A stretch of 64,000 bases of DNA from Candidatus Nomurabacteria bacterium (GCA_020632445.1 JACKFN010000001.1:75975-139974); one strand, 5' to 3'. Shown: positions 1 to 10,961, counted from the stretch's first letter. Numbers and translations: made by a program. Notes: generated by a model from the letters alone, not told the origin.

Positions 1-138
1 CCCCACTTTGGGAAAATTCACTGAATCTCTTGTGAGTGATAGGGTGAAAATAGGTACGACAAAGGCAAGTGCGTACAAAAGCCCACGCGAAATCATGGGC
101 AAAGGTTTAAATTTTGATCTAAAAAGCTTTATCATAAA

Positions 139-1881
139 TCATCGCTCAATAGCAGGTATATCGTCATCGTCGTCTTCTTTCTTTTTTTTCTTTCTTCGGC
201 GTCTTCTTTTTTTCTTTGGCTTATCAGACGCTGACGATGAGTCGACGTCTGTTTTCCCATCCTGGTCGCTAGCACCTTGCTTGTTGGACGATTCACTTTT
301 CTCCTTGTCTTTTTCTTCTTCTGCTACAGGTTTGGAATCAGGTGAAGGAGATGTCGATTTTTTTCGAGTGAATTCTTGGCGGTCAAGTTGGTCTGTCTCA
401 GAATCATCCTGCTTCTTATCCTTCTGCTTTTGTGAGTCATTTAAGATCTTTTGTGCAAGTTCAGATGGAGTAGGCTTCTGAGGAGGGTTGCTCGCAGGGT
501 CTGCGCGCTCTATGGTGATAGTTTCAGATAGCACCTGCTGAGCCGCATCCAAATCTTCTTCGTCATCTTGGTTACTACTCCAACGGGATACCTTGTCCTC
601 CACCTTTTCTCTTGGTTTACCGTAGCGCTCACGTGAAACCTGTATAACCTTCTGCGCACTGCCAGTACGATTAGCAATTGGTGGCAAGGTAGTCGCACTA
701 AATGGCATAGAAGCCACACCGTCAATCATCAACTTCAGAAAAATCTGAAATTTTGCCAAATTGACAATATCCTCTTCTATAAATGTCGGAGCAAATTCTT
801 GTGCAAGAAGCTGTGCATCTGCTCCCCCAACGCGAAAACTCACAATAGTACCGACATTTCCAAACACTGCATCGGCAACGACTTCGTCAAGCTGCGCAAC
901 ATACTGATGTGCCATAATGAGGCTCAAACGATATTTACGAGCTTCAGAGAGGATGTTTGCAAATGAAGGAGTCGCAAAATTCTGAAACTCATCAACATAC
1001 AGAAAAAAATCCTTCCGTTCATGTTCTGGGATATCGACTCGTTCCATGGCAGCAAGTTGAATTTTCGTAACAAGCATACCTCCAAGAAGTCGACTATTAT
1101 CCTCTCCTATTCTTCCTTTGGAAAGATTCATGATGATAATCTTGTTGCTGTCCATGGCCTCTCTTACATCAAACGTCGATTTAACCTGGGCCACCATGTT
1201 TCTGATGACGCTTGCAGACAAAAATTGCCCAATCTTATTTTGGATCGGCGCGACCGCCTCGGTCGCATACTTTTCACTATATCCAGCAAACTCAGTCTTC
1301 CAAAAAGCCTTCACAATTGGATCCTTGAGTACTCCCACGACCCTTTTTCGGTAGTCCTCATCAGCCAAAAGACGGTTAATACCAAGGAGTGTTGACCCAG
1401 GATAATCCAAGAGCGCGAGGAGTGTATTGTTAAGAATATATTCCATTCGAGAAGACCACACATCAGGCCAAATTTTCTTGAATGTTGCCATTAGCCCACT
1501 TGCAATAAGGTGCTTTTGCTTTTCATTTTTGACCTCCAAAACATTGAATCCCATTGGAAACTCAACATCTGCCGGATTGACATAAATAATATCATTGATA
1601 CGCCATGATGGAATGTAGTCAATCATTTTTTCCGCAAAATCTCCATGAGGATCGACAAGTCCTACCCCATGTCCCATGTAGATGTCATGAAGCATCATAT
1701 TCTCCATCATGGTTGACTTTCCCATACCCGTTTTTCCAATGATATACATGTGTCTACGTCTATCATCGGTCTTGATACCAAATTTTCGCATCTGATTGCG
1801 GTAATTGGTAGCAGCAAAAAGAGTCACCTTGTCTTCAGGTGAGCTTGATTGCGATGCTTGTCGAAGCTGTGGAGCAGGCAT
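139..1881 (-). CDS. TraD/VirD4/TrwB-like type IV coupling-protein family ATPase (paralog 1), with a C-terminal low-complexity charged tail
   Basis: Walker A GKTGMGKS and Walker B-like YVDEFQNFA. Collinear similarity to the paralog at 8237..9616. C-terminus carries S-rich, D/E-rich and K/R homopolymer stretches (KKKRRRRRKKKKKEDDDDD). Confidence 0.7.
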   Translation of the reverse strand: MPAPQLRQASQSSSPEDKVTLFAATNYRNQMRKFGIKTDDRRRHMYIIGKTGMGKSTMMENMMLHDIYMGHGVGLVDPHGDFAEKMIDYIPSWRINDIIYVNPADVEFPMGFNVLEVKNEKQKHLIASGLMATFKKIWPDVWSSRMEYILNNTLLALLDYPGSTLLGINRLLADEDYRKRVVGVLKDPIVKAFWKTEFAGYSEKYATEAVAPIQNKIGQFLSASVIRNMVAQVKSTFDVREAMDSNKIIIMNLSKGRIGEDNSRLLGGMLVTKIQLAAMERVDIPEHERKDFFLYVDEFQNFATPSFANILSEARKYRLSLIMAHQYVAQLDEVVADAVFGNVGTIVSFRVGGADAQLLAQEFAPTFIEEDIVNLAKFQIFLKLMIDGVASMPFSATTLPPIANRTGSAQKVIQVSRERYGKPREKVEDKVSRWSSNQDDEEDLDAAQQVLSETITIERADPASNPPQKPTPSELAQKILNDSQKQKDKKQDDSETDQLDRQEFTRKKSTSPSPDSKPVAEEEKDKEKSESSNKQGASDQDGKTDVDSSSASDKPKKKRRRRRKKKKKEDDDDDIPAIER

Positions 1882-1981
1882 TGAATTTTACTATATATTT
1901 GTATCATAACATATTTTGCACAGGTTGACTACACCGCAAAAAGCGCTATACTATAGGCACATAACTCTTAACCGAATACGT

Positions 1982-2560
1982 ATGGAAAATCACCCTATGC
2001 CACTGATTGGTCAAAAGGTAGACGACGTAGAATTTGCTATCTTCCACGAAGGAAGTGACAAAAAAGCCAAGCTTTCCGACTATCAGGGAAAATGGCTTAT
2101 TCTCTTCTTTTACCCAGCAGACTTCACCTTTGTATGCCCCACAGAGCTTGTGGACGTGGCAGAAAGCTATGATCAGTTCAAAGATCTCAATGCTGAAATT
2201 GTATCTGTGAGTACTGATACGGTGTTTGTGCATAAAGCCTGGAAGGATGCATCGCCGACGATTGGAAAGATTAGCTATCCAATGGCTGCAGATCCAACCG
2301 GAAAACTCTGTAGGATGTTTGGTACCTACATTCCTGAAGAAGGGCTTTCATATCGAGGAACATTCATTATTGACCCAGATGGCGTTATCAAGGCTTACGA
2401 AATCCATGACAATAGCATTGGAAGAAGTGCCGAGGAGCTCTTGCGGAAGCTCCGCGCCGCCATCCATGTGCGTGAGAATGGTGGTGAGGTATGTCCTGCA
2501 AGATGGAAGCCGGGAGATGACACGCTGAAGCCTCGAATGGATCTTGTTGGAAAAATCTAA
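1982..2560 (+). CDS. Peroxiredoxin (AhpC/TSA family, 2-Cys type)
   Basis: FTFVCPTEL peroxidatic-Cys motif and conserved Prx spacing. The ORF runs from 1916; I chose the internal ATG at 1982 as start (uncertain; 1997 is also possible). Confidence 0.85.
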   Translation: MENHPMPLIGQKVDDVEFAIFHEGSDKKAKLSDYQGKWLILFFYPADFTFVCPTELVDVAESYDQFKDLNAEIVSVSTDTVFVHKAWKDASPTIGKISYPMAADPTGKLCRMFGTYIPEEGLSYRGTFIIDPDGVIKAYEIHDNSIGRSAEELLRKLRAAIHVRENGGEVCPARWKPGDDTLKPRMDLVGKI

Positions 2561-2636
2561 ACAACGATTTAGCATATAGGGTAATGGGGTATAGAATTTT
2601 CTAAACCCTATCCCCTAAATCCTAACTCCTACTTCT

Positions 2637-3230
2637 ATGTACGAAGCAAAAAATTACGACCACTTGCTTGGGCTTGATGGCTTTTCTGATAAACAGCTCG
2701 AGGCACACTTCAAGCTCTACCAAGGCTATGTGAATAACACCAACACGGTCATTTCAAAAGTTCGAGAATATGTGGATGCAAATGAATTTGGACCAGAGTT
2801 TTCAGAAATCAAGCGCCGATTCGGATGGGAATTTGATGGTATGCGTCTGCATGAGTACTACTTTGATAATTTGACTAATGACAAAGCAGCTCGTGAATTT
2901 GACAAGGACAGTGAGTTTGCCGCAAAGATTAAAGAATGCTATGGATCACTTGAAAATGGTCATACAGAACTTACGGCAACCGCATCTATGCGTGGAATTG
3001 GCTGGGCCATTATGGCATATGACAAAGTCGCTGATCGTATTTTTACCACTTGGGCCAATGAACACGATGCTGGACACCTTGCCGGGGCGGTTCCACTGCT
3101 GGTGATGGATGTGTTTGAACATGCCTATGCCTTCGATTATGGAACCAATAGAAAAGAATACATCGAGGCATTCTATAATGCCACTGATTGGAGCAAGGTG
3201 AAAGAGAGATTTGATGCTGCCAGGAAATAG
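2637..3230 (+). CDS. Fe/Mn superoxide dismutase
   Basis: Fe/Mn-SOD signature DVFEHAYAFDYG (DVWEHAYY-type), HxxxH-containing N-terminal helical domain, and ~197 aa length. Confidence 0.85.
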   Translation: MYEAKNYDHLLGLDGFSDKQLEAHFKLYQGYVNNTNTVISKVREYVDANEFGPEFSEIKRRFGWEFDGMRLHEYYFDNLTNDKAAREFDKDSEFAAKIKECYGSLENGHTELTATASMRGIGWAIMAYDKVADRIFTTWANEHDAGHLAGAVPLLVMDVFEHAYAFDYGTNRKEYIEAFYNATDWSKVKERFDAARK

Positions 3231-3246
3231 TTTCTCAGAAGTGTAT

Positions 3247-3275
3247 AAAAAAAACCGCGATGAGCGGTTTTTTTT
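3247..3275. terminator. Bidirectional rho-independent terminator hairpin between the SOD gene (+) and rpoD (-)
   Basis: AAAAAAAACCGCgatgaGCGGTTTTTTTT: a GC stem flanked by A and T tracts. Confidence 0.7.
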
Positions 3276-3285
3276 ATGATTTACT

Positions 3286-4707
3286 TTAATAGTCCCTAAG
3301 CTTGTTAATCACATCAAATCCCTGAATCTTCTCAAGCGCCTTTGCCTCAATCTGGCGAATACGCTCACGTGTAACGTCAAATTCCTTTCCGACTTCTTCC
3401 AATGTGTGTGTCACACCGTCTGCGAGTCCAAAACGCATCTCAAGAATCTTTTGCTCTCGAGGAGAGAGTTGTGAAATAGCTTCATTGATATATTCCTTGA
3501 GCAGCTGTCTTCCTGCGACCTGTCTTGGTGATACGGTTTTGTTATCCTCAATAAAATCCGAAAGTGGAGAATCGTCGTCATCATCACCAATAGAGGTCTC
3601 AAGTGAAATGGTTTCCTGAGAAATCTTAATAATGTGGTTGATCTTATCAATAGGTTCACCCATTTCCGCAGCAAGCTCCTCAGGGGTCGGATTACGCCCA
3701 AGGTCTTGGAGTAGACGACGGGATATTTGCACGAAGCGATTGATCGTCTCTACCATATGTACCGGAATACGGATTGTACGAGACTGATCAGCCAATGCGC
3801 GCGTAATTGCCTGCCTGATCCACCAGGTAGCATAGGTAGAAAACTTATAGCCACGACGATAGTCAAACTTTTTTACGGCGCGAAACAAACCGACGTTTCC
3901 TTCTTGGATCAAATCAAGCAAGTGCAATTTCTTTCCTACAAATTTCTTGGCGATCGAAACCACCAAACGCAGATTTGCCTCAATCATTTGTTGTTCTGCT
4001 TCCCTATCCCCTCTTTCTTTGCGTTTGGCAAGAGAAACTTCTTCTTCTGCGGTCAAAAGTGGTATTCGGCCAATTTCACGCAAGTACATTTGAATAGAAT
4101 CCTGTGAAAGATTTTTGTAGTCAATACGTACCGCTGACTCAGAATTCTCACTACTGCTCGTGGTCCCAAGTAAGTCAGGGGTTTGCATTCTTGATCCACC
4201 CAAAAGCCCCTCTTTCATTTGCATGATAGAGATACTTGCCCTTGCCATCACATCCAAAAAAGCCTCAAACATCTCTACATAATGTTCGACATGCGGAAAA
4301 ACAGCAAGTACTTCTACTTCTGTCACAAATCCACGAGTGCGACCCTTTTCGATCAAGTGCCACGCTGCCTGTTCATCAGGAGACACCACATGCTCCTTTG
4401 TGGCTACTTTCTTGGGTTCGGTCTTTGATGAGCTCTTGCGAAGACTGGATGCCTTCTTGAGGGCAGCATTCACGCGTGAACGCCCTGTAGACGTCTTACG
4501 CTTCGCTGCTGAGGTGGCTTTTTTTGCTGTTGTTTTACGCACAGCACTGCGTTTCTTTGTTGCTGCCTTTGTTTTTATGGCTGTGACCTTTTTGGCACTT
4601 GCCCGCTTCTTGCTAGCAACTTTCTTTGCTGCGATTTTTCGCGCAGTTGGTTTTTTGACCGCACGCTTTGCGCTGGTCTTCTTGGTTGTCGACTTTTTCG
4701 TCGGCAT
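3286..4707 (-). CDS. rpoD: RNA polymerase primary sigma factor (sigma-70/RpoD) with a ~100-aa Lys/Ala-rich histone-H1-like N-terminal extension
   Basis: Region 2.4 [13 protein letters not shown] and region 4 HTH ([19 protein letters not shown]). Sits directly downstream of dnaG in the classic operon order. The N-terminal extension is made of AKK/KKA/TKK repeats. Confidence 0.9.
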   Translation of the reverse strand: MPTKKSTTKKTSAKRAVKKPTARKIAAKKVASKKRASAKKVTAIKTKAATKKRSAVRKTTAKKATSAAKRKTSTGRSRVNAALKKASSLRKSSSKTEPKKVATKEHVVSPDEQAAWHLIEKGRTRGFVTEVEVLAVFPHVEHYVEMFEAFLDVMARASISIMQMKEGLLGGSRMQTPDLLGTTSSSENSESAVRIDYKNLSQDSIQMYLREIGRIPLLTAEEEVSLAKRKERGDREAEQQMIEANLRLVVSIAKKFVGKKLHLLDLIQEGNVGLFRAVKKFDYRRGYKFSTYATWWIRQAITRALADQSRTIRIPVHMVETINRFVQISRRLLQDLGRNPTPEELAAEMGEPIDKINHIIKISQETISLETSIGDDDDDSPLSDFIEDNKTVSPRQVAGRQLLKEYINEAISQLSPREQKILEMRFGLADGVTHTLEEVGKEFDVTRERIRQIEAKALEKIQGFDVINKLRDY

Positions 4708-4718
4708 GGTATGAATTA

Positions 4719-6494
4719 TCAGTTCAATTGTGAAAATTGTTCTAAAAGTGACTGCAACTTCTGATGGTCGCCTGCTTGCTCAGCCTGAGAAATTTCTTGC
4801 TGCAATTGAGCACGCCTTTGTTTGAGCCAGGTATTTTTGAGCTGCTCGCTAAGACTCCGTATTTCACTACTCGCTTGCGCTTTGCTCAAATGCCCAAAAT
4901 CCAACTCAGCCTTCATGAGTAGGATTTCTACTAAATCAAGTATGTCAGATTGCGGATACTGATGCCGAAATGCCTCGATATCTGCTTGTCCTGCATTATA
5001 CATGGACAGGAGCCTTTCGTAAAGAGGATAAGTAGCCAGCTGCGCCTCAAGTGAAACCAAGAACTCCACAGATCCAGCTTCGGGATACTTTAGGAGTAAG
5101 GCAAAAATGGCCTCCGAAAGCTCATCGGAGCGGGTTCTTTCGGGTCTACTTTCGAGATTTTCCGGTTTGGCCTGAGTTGTAGCTAAAGGTGTTTTGCGAG
5201 TAAGCCTCTTCATGTCTTCCTCCAAAACTTTTATATCTACTGCGAGGAGTGCAGAAAGCTGACTGACCCAATGCGATCTTTCAACCGCATACTGAATTTT
5301 CTGAATTTCAGGGAGAAGCTCATCTGCGGCAGCTTGTTTTTGCTTCGGATCAGAAAGGTTCTTGTCGGAAAACGCCATATCAAAATACCACTGCATAACA
5401 TCCTTGGCATTATCCACACATCTTTGCCAAAGTTCAGGATGCTTTTTTATGACTTCGTCTGGATCTTTTCCATAATCAGGATCAATCTGAATGATCTTGA
5501 CTGACATGCCTGCCTCAAGTGCAATCCCAATAGCTCGCTTGGCAGCAGAAACTCCAGCACTATCTGAATCAAACGAAAAAGCAATATTTTTACTATACCG
5601 TTTGATGAGGTGAATATGTCCCTCGGTAAGAGCTGTGCCGCTGGTTGCAACGACATTTTCGCTTCCATTTTGATGACAACTGATAACATCCGTCTGCCCC
5701 TCTACAAAAATCGCAAGATTTTTTTTCCGTATCGCCTGTTTGGCAAAATGGAGACCAAAAACAACCTGCGACTTGTCGAAAACCAATGTCTGTGGAGTGT
5801 TAATGTACTTCCCGCCAGAGTCCTCGGTTTCAACCAATATACGCGCCGTAAATCCCACGACATCTCCATGTACATTACGAATCGGAAAAATGATTCTCCC
5901 ACGAAACCTGTCATAAAACCCTTTCATTGATTGGCTGCTTGCTCCTTCGCGCTTTATGGTCAGTCCCGATGCAACAAGGTCATCAATGCTGTAGCCTTTT
6001 TTGAGAAGATATTTTGTAAGCAAATCCCACTGATCTACCACAAAGCCTATCTGCCACTTTTCTATGGTTTGATCACTCAATCCTCTTTTTGCCAAGTACT
6101 CACGAGCTGACTTGGCAGCATCAAGCTTGGTGAGAAAATTGTAATAAAAACGTGAAGCTTCAAGATTAATCTCTTTGATTCTATTTTTTTGACTTTTATG
6201 AATGTCCTGCTTGAAATCCGCAAGCTCAACACCTGCCTTTTGTGCAAGGAGCTTGAGTGCCTCAACAAATTCCAACCCCTCTATTTCCTCGACAAAGGTG
6301 AACGCGTCTCCCCCCTTATTACAACCAAAACAATGCCACCTCTGACGATCTCTATTTACCATAAAAGAAGGCGTCTTCTCTCCATGAAATGGACAAAGGC
6401 CTTTGTGGTTGATTCCTGCGGGTTTGAGTTCAATATACTCGCCTATCAGATCAACAATATCGATTTTCTGCTTTATCAGCTGTGTGTCGGACAT
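4719..6494 (-). CDS. dnaG: DNA primase DnaG
   Basis: Zinc ribbon [11 protein letters not shown]...CFGC. Toprim core EGQTDVIS...FDSDSAG. 591 aa, upstream of rpoD on the same strand. Confidence 0.9.
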   Translation of the reverse strand: MSDTQLIKQKIDIVDLIGEYIELKPAGINHKGLCPFHGEKTPSFMVNRDRQRWHCFGCNKGGDAFTFVEEIEGLEFVEALKLLAQKAGVELADFKQDIHKSQKNRIKEINLEASRFYYNFLTKLDAAKSAREYLAKRGLSDQTIEKWQIGFVVDQWDLLTKYLLKKGYSIDDLVASGLTIKREGASSQSMKGFYDRFRGRIIFPIRNVHGDVVGFTARILVETEDSGGKYINTPQTLVFDKSQVVFGLHFAKQAIRKKNLAIFVEGQTDVISCHQNGSENVVATSGTALTEGHIHLIKRYSKNIAFSFDSDSAGVSAAKRAIGIALEAGMSVKIIQIDPDYGKDPDEVIKKHPELWQRCVDNAKDVMQWYFDMAFSDKNLSDPKQKQAAADELLPEIQKIQYAVERSHWVSQLSALLAVDIKVLEEDMKRLTRKTPLATTQAKPENLESRPERTRSDELSEAIFALLLKYPEAGSVEFLVSLEAQLATYPLYERLLSMYNAGQADIEAFRHQYPQSDILDLVEILLMKAELDFGHLSKAQASSEIRSLSEQLKNTWLKQRRAQLQQEISQAEQAGDHQKLQSLLEQFSQLN

Positions 6495-6499
6495 GTCTA

Positions 6500-8233
6500 T
6501 TACTCTTGGTTAATAACCTGAAATTCCATTGCTTTGTCACTCATCAAAAAGCCGTGATAGCACTCACCGCATAAAAATCTTACCTGCTCATGTGGCGTAC
6601 GTGTGTATAGTACTGCGGAACACTTCTCACAGGCACCCCTGCTTGTCCGTATTTCCATCACATCTTTGTATCGCCTTAGTCTCCTCTCAATGGAGTGATC
6701 AGAGGGAAGCGCAATTCCAAATTTCTTATGAAATTCAAACTCTGGCTTTACAATCTGAAATACCCTTCCAGAGCCAGCATCAATGAACTTTTTATCAAGC
6801 ATCTCTTCACGAAAATCTGAAAGTCTTTCTGGAACCTTTTCCAGCGTCTGATTAGAAGACGCTGGCGGCTTGCCTTGATAATAGCGAAGACCCGCCGACT
6901 CCATCTGCGACTTAGTTTTTGGAAAGAAAATTCCAGCATGAGAGATATTATAGGCAATTGGAGAATCTTGCAAGCGAAAAAACTTTCCATACGTCCCCTC
7001 AGCAAGCATCTGGGTTTTGATAGCATCTAATGTCTTCCAGTATTCTTCCTCAGTATACTGCTTATTGAAGATGCAAAACTTCTTGCGCCTGAGGCCCACA
7101 CACCCAAAGCAATTCTCACAATTGCTGCACAGTTCGCAATATTCAACGTTTATACAATTGTCACACGAGAGTGACATCTTGTTTTCAAACCCTTCTGTCA
7201 CGCATGCTGTCAAACAGCTCTTTTCCACATTTGAGCTAGTGGTAACATCAAAACAATCTTTCGCAAAACCAACATCAAAAACATTGTATACCCTCTCAAG
7301 GTCGGTAGCCTCAAAACCAGAAGCATCTTTGCTACTTATCAAATGCTGACCAATAACGTTTTCTGATTGAAAATTTGTATCACCAAGGTGATAGCCCTGC
7401 TTCCAAAATTCTTTCGCTTTCCTGTCCCAATATTCAACAACACTTCTATCACTTAAGTCAATTTTACTTACTATTGACTCATATTCATCTTTTGTAAGTT
7501 GCTGATTGAAAAAACAGTACTCCTTATTCTGGATGTTCACACATCCAAAAACATGTGAACAATTTATACTCCCAAAAGTAAAATAGGCATCAAACAATCC
7601 ACTACTAAACTGCGAAAAAAAGGTATTTGAACACTGAAAAAGTTGAACACCCTCATATGACCACTGCGTCTGTACGACACTCATAACGTCTACGCAATGT
7701 TCACTTTGGATACATAAGTCCGCATACATTACTTCTTCACACTCTAGTCCACCATATGTTGCATAGGAATTTTTGAAAGCAAGCTCATAAATGCTCCACT
7801 GGCTTTTTTCACTCGACGGATCCTGAAGAAGCGGCACGTGCGGTACCCTGTACATAAGATCTCGAATCTGACTGATTATGGACCTACGAGTTGAATACTC
7901 CGCTGCATACTTTTGCGCATCAAAATTATCGCCAAACCAATCTTCTTCGCTTATAAGAGAAATTTCACTTTCAGGATCATACATGGTTACTACAGACTGA
8001 TTTCCAACGAGGATTCGTGAGAACAGCTCAATTCCCCCCATGTAAGCACGCAGACCCATGATTCTTTCGTGTGGGGCAACTTCTGGTAGCGGAACCTTCA
8101 GCATTTTATGCAGATGGTACTCTGCCTCAGAAATTTCAAAAGTGTCCCCACTTTCACTTGAAGTATATTGGCCTGGCAAATGGGTTTCGAAGTACTTATC
8201 AATTTCCCTATCAAAACATGGAGTGTTCGACAT
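6500..8233 (-). CDS. Cysteine-rich protein of unknown function (repeated CxxCxxCxxCxxC and C...KE(Y/F)C(F/I)FN-type motifs, C-terminal zinc-ribbon-like CxxC...CxxC)
   Basis: Long intact ORF of 577 aa, about 6 nt from the dnaG start. Motifs such as CELCSNCENCFGCVGLRRKKFCIFN, CSHVFGCVNIQNKEYCFFN and CEKC...CGEC. No family recognised. Confidence 0.5.
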   Translation of the reverse strand: MSNTPCFDREIDKYFETHLPGQYTSSESGDTFEISEAEYHLHKMLKVPLPEVAPHERIMGLRAYMGGIELFSRILVGNQSVVTMYDPESEISLISEEDWFGDNFDAQKYAAEYSTRRSIISQIRDLMYRVPHVPLLQDPSSEKSQWSIYELAFKNSYATYGGLECEEVMYADLCIQSEHCVDVMSVVQTQWSYEGVQLFQCSNTFFSQFSSGLFDAYFTFGSINCSHVFGCVNIQNKEYCFFNQQLTKDEYESIVSKIDLSDRSVVEYWDRKAKEFWKQGYHLGDTNFQSENVIGQHLISSKDASGFEATDLERVYNVFDVGFAKDCFDVTTSSNVEKSCLTACVTEGFENKMSLSCDNCINVEYCELCSNCENCFGCVGLRRKKFCIFNKQYTEEEYWKTLDAIKTQMLAEGTYGKFFRLQDSPIAYNISHAGIFFPKTKSQMESAGLRYYQGKPPASSNQTLEKVPERLSDFREEMLDKKFIDAGSGRVFQIVKPEFEFHKKFGIALPSDHSIERRLRRYKDVMEIRTSRGACEKCSAVLYTRTPHEQVRFLCGECYHGFLMSDKAMEFQVINQE

Positions 8234-8236
8234 AGA

Positions 8237-9616
8237 TTATAACGGTGCTGGAAGCTCCTCCTGTGAATAAGACTCTCTGTCTTTTGAACCTGCTCGATCT
8301 TCTTGATCAGAAGAAGCAAACATTCTTTTGTTATTATCTATGATACGCTCTGCATTTTCACTATGGCTAAAAGCCTCAACTTGAAGCGATGTCGCACAAA
8401 ATGGACGCAAAGTTTGACCATCAGTGGACATCTTAATGTAGTACTCTCCAAGCCCTAGGTTAAGAAAGTCTGCTGGGGAAAGCTCCGGCTGAAACTCCAT
8501 AGCAATTCTCTGGGCATCTTCTCCACCGAGCCGAAACACGACCATGTTCCCAGTATTTCCAAGTACGGCGTCCATGAGTGTCTTTGGTATTTGACTCAGA
8601 TACTGGTTGGCAATCGTGATATTGATGGCATATTTACGTGATTCAGAAAACAAGGAGATAAAAGACTCCGTGGCAACATTTTGAAATTCATCTGCATAGA
8701 GATAAAACGATTTTCGCTTATCTGTTTCCTCGCTAGCTCTTGCTAGTGCACCTTGCTCAATCATGGTGAGAAAAAAAGATCCAAGCAGTGAAGCATTTTG
8801 TTCGCCGAGTACTCCCTTTGACATATTAATGAACAAAATTTTTCCTTTCGACAGAATATCGGGTATGTGAATCTTGTTTTCGCTTTGTGAAAATATTTCT
8901 CGCAGGAGTGGATCGGCAAAAAAGGCACCAAGTCTGTTTGCAAGCGGAGTTATTGCCTCCTGCTCATATTTCTGGCTAAATCCGGCAAATTCAACGGCAA
9001 AAAACCTTCTGGTCATTTCATCATTGATATTTTCTATAACCATCTGACGATACTTACTGTCAGTTATAATTTGTAAAATGCCGTACAGTGTACCCTGCTC
9101 GTATTCAAGCATTGCGAGCGTGGCAAAACGAAAAAGATGCTCCATGCGAGGCGACCAAGAACTCTGAAATTGTTTTCGAAACACTTCTATGAGGCTCTGA
9201 CACACATGCTGACGCATGTGCGCAGGTACGCTTGCAAATGGGTTAAAAGAAATGGTATAACTGGGCAAAGTGGGATCAATATACACGACATCGTTTACCC
9301 TCTCATTTGGGATGCATTGCATAAGTCCTTTCACCAAATCTCCGTGAGGGTCTACTACCGCCACTCCCTGACCACTCTCAATGTCGCTACGTATCAAATT
9401 CTCCATAAAACATGTCTTCCCCATTCCACTTTTTCCAAGAATATAGGCATGCCTATTTCTATCAGCCCGCTTGAGACCAAACAAATGTCTTGTCTCGTAC
9501 ATACCGCTGACATAAAGCGTCTTGCCAATTGGAGTAGAGTCAACTCCTGATCCGACCGTTCCAGACAGTTGCTCTGGTGGTGGCGGGAGCATAAAAGGAT
9601 ATCGGTCTGTGACCAT
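8237..9616 (-). CDS. TraD/VirD4/TrwB-like type IV coupling-protein family ATPase (paralog 2)
   Basis: Walker A GKSGMGKT and Walker B YADEFQNVA. Collinear with the ORF at 139..1881 through the ATPase core. Confidence 0.7.
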   Translation of the reverse strand: MVTDRYPFMLPPPPEQLSGTVGSGVDSTPIGKTLYVSGMYETRHLFGLKRADRNRHAYILGKSGMGKTCFMENLIRSDIESGQGVAVVDPHGDLVKGLMQCIPNERVNDVVYIDPTLPSYTISFNPFASVPAHMRQHVCQSLIEVFRKQFQSSWSPRMEHLFRFATLAMLEYEQGTLYGILQIITDSKYRQMVIENINDEMTRRFFAVEFAGFSQKYEQEAITPLANRLGAFFADPLLREIFSQSENKIHIPDILSKGKILFINMSKGVLGEQNASLLGSFFLTMIEQGALARASEETDKRKSFYLYADEFQNVATESFISLFSESRKYAINITIANQYLSQIPKTLMDAVLGNTGNMVVFRLGGEDAQRIAMEFQPELSPADFLNLGLGEYYIKMSTDGQTLRPFCATSLQVEAFSHSENAERIIDNNKRMFASSDQEDRAGSKDRESYSQEELPAPL

Positions 9617-9715
9617 ATTATCTAATTTTAGGCATTTTATGGAGTATGCTATAATACCAGCATATCAATTTGACCCTCAATAGTCAACTTGTCATAGAGA
9701 GTAAGATTTGTAAAT

Positions 9716-10138
9716 ATGAGCAACGATCAAAGGCCAAAAGTAGGTATTGGTGTCATGATATTCAAAGATGGAAAGGTCCTTGTGTGTAAACGCAAGGGAG
9801 CACATGGCCAAGGTCAGTATGCCTGGCCCGGAGGCCATCTCGAATACATGGAATCTATCGTAGAATGTGCCAAACGAGAAACACGCGAAGAAGCTGGAAT
9901 AGAAATAGAAAATGTACGGTTCCTGAGACTGATGAATCTCAAAGAATATGCACCAAAACACTACGTCGATATAGCCATGATTGCTGATTGGAAATCGGGT
10001 GAGCCACAAGTATTGGAGCCTGAAAAGTGCGAATTTTGGGGCTGGTATGACCCATGTGAAATTCCACAACCACGCTTTGGCGCACTCGACACGTATCTTG
10101 ATGCACTTGAAACTGGAAATAACTTTTATGATGTTTAG
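9716..10138 (+). CDS. NUDIX hydrolase
   Basis: Nudix box GGHLEYMESIVECAKRETREEAGI (Gx5Ex7REUxEExGU). Confidence 0.85.
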   Translation: MSNDQRPKVGIGVMIFKDGKVLVCKRKGAHGQGQYAWPGGHLEYMESIVECAKRETREEAGIEIENVRFLRLMNLKEYAPKHYVDIAMIADWKSGEPQVLEPEKCEFWGWYDPCEIPQPRFGALDTYLDALETGNNFYDV

Positions 10139-10961
10139 ACCTATGATTCACGAATACTACCAATTTGCACAAAACATCGCACGCGGCGCTGGAGAAGTTA
10201 CGCTCAAATACTTCAAGGGGGATTTTAACGTGTTCACCAAGAGCTCAGCAAGTGATCCTCTTACTGATGCTGATCTTGCATCCAATGACTATCTCACGTC
10301 CGCTATCCAAGAAAACTACCCTGATCATGGCATTATTTCTGAAGAGACGGATGACCTCAATCCTGACGCCGAGTTTGTATGGGTACTCGATCCCATTGAC
10401 GGAACCTACAACTTCTCTACCAGCGTACCTTTGTACGCCGTGCTCGTGGCCCTTCTCAAGAACGGCGAGCCTATTATTGCAGCGCAGTACTACCCTGCTC
10501 TTGATGAAATGTACTGCGCCTACAAAGGTGGAGGTGCGTTTTGGAATGAAAAGCAAATCCACGTGCGAAAAAAACCTGACTTGGATCATAGCTTTGGAAC
10601 CTCGTCCGGAAGATTCAAGCCAAGCGTTTCACATGCGAGGTTTATCTCACAATATTTACTCAGCCAGAAATTTACTTTTGGCCTCAATAATTTCCATTGC
10701 ATGGCCTACGACCAAGCACTTATTGCCAGTGCCCGTCGTGATTGGACTATCCATCAAGGAGCAGCACTTTGGGATTATGTCTCTGGCGCACTCCTATTGC
10801 AAGAAGCAGGTGCAACGGTTACCAATCTTTCAGGTAAACCCTGGAGTATTGAGGATCGTGAGATGCTGGCAGCTCACCCTTCACTTCACCCAAAGCTCCT
10901 TGGAGCCTACCAAGAAAGTCTCAAAGAGTATCGCCACTATACCGATTCAAAAAATACCTAA
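10128..10961 (+). CDS. Inositol monophosphatase/SuhB family protein
   Basis: Motifs WVLDPIDGTYNF and WDYVSGALLLQEAG. The ORF track begins at 9981 in the NUDIX gene; the start was moved to the ATG that overlaps the NUDIX stop (uncertain). Confidence 0.75.
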   Translation: MMFRPMIHEYYQFAQNIARGAGEVTLKYFKGDFNVFTKSSASDPLTDADLASNDYLTSAIQENYPDHGIISEETDDLNPDAEFVWVLDPIDGTYNFSTSVPLYAVLVALLKNGEPIIAAQYYPALDEMYCAYKGGGAFWNEKQIHVRKKPDLDHSFGTSSGRFKPSVSHARFISQYLLSQKFTFGLNNFHCMAYDQALIASARRDWTIHQGAALWDYVSGALLLQEAGATVTNLSGKPWSIEDREMLAAHPSLHPKLLGAYQESLKEYRHYTDSKNT

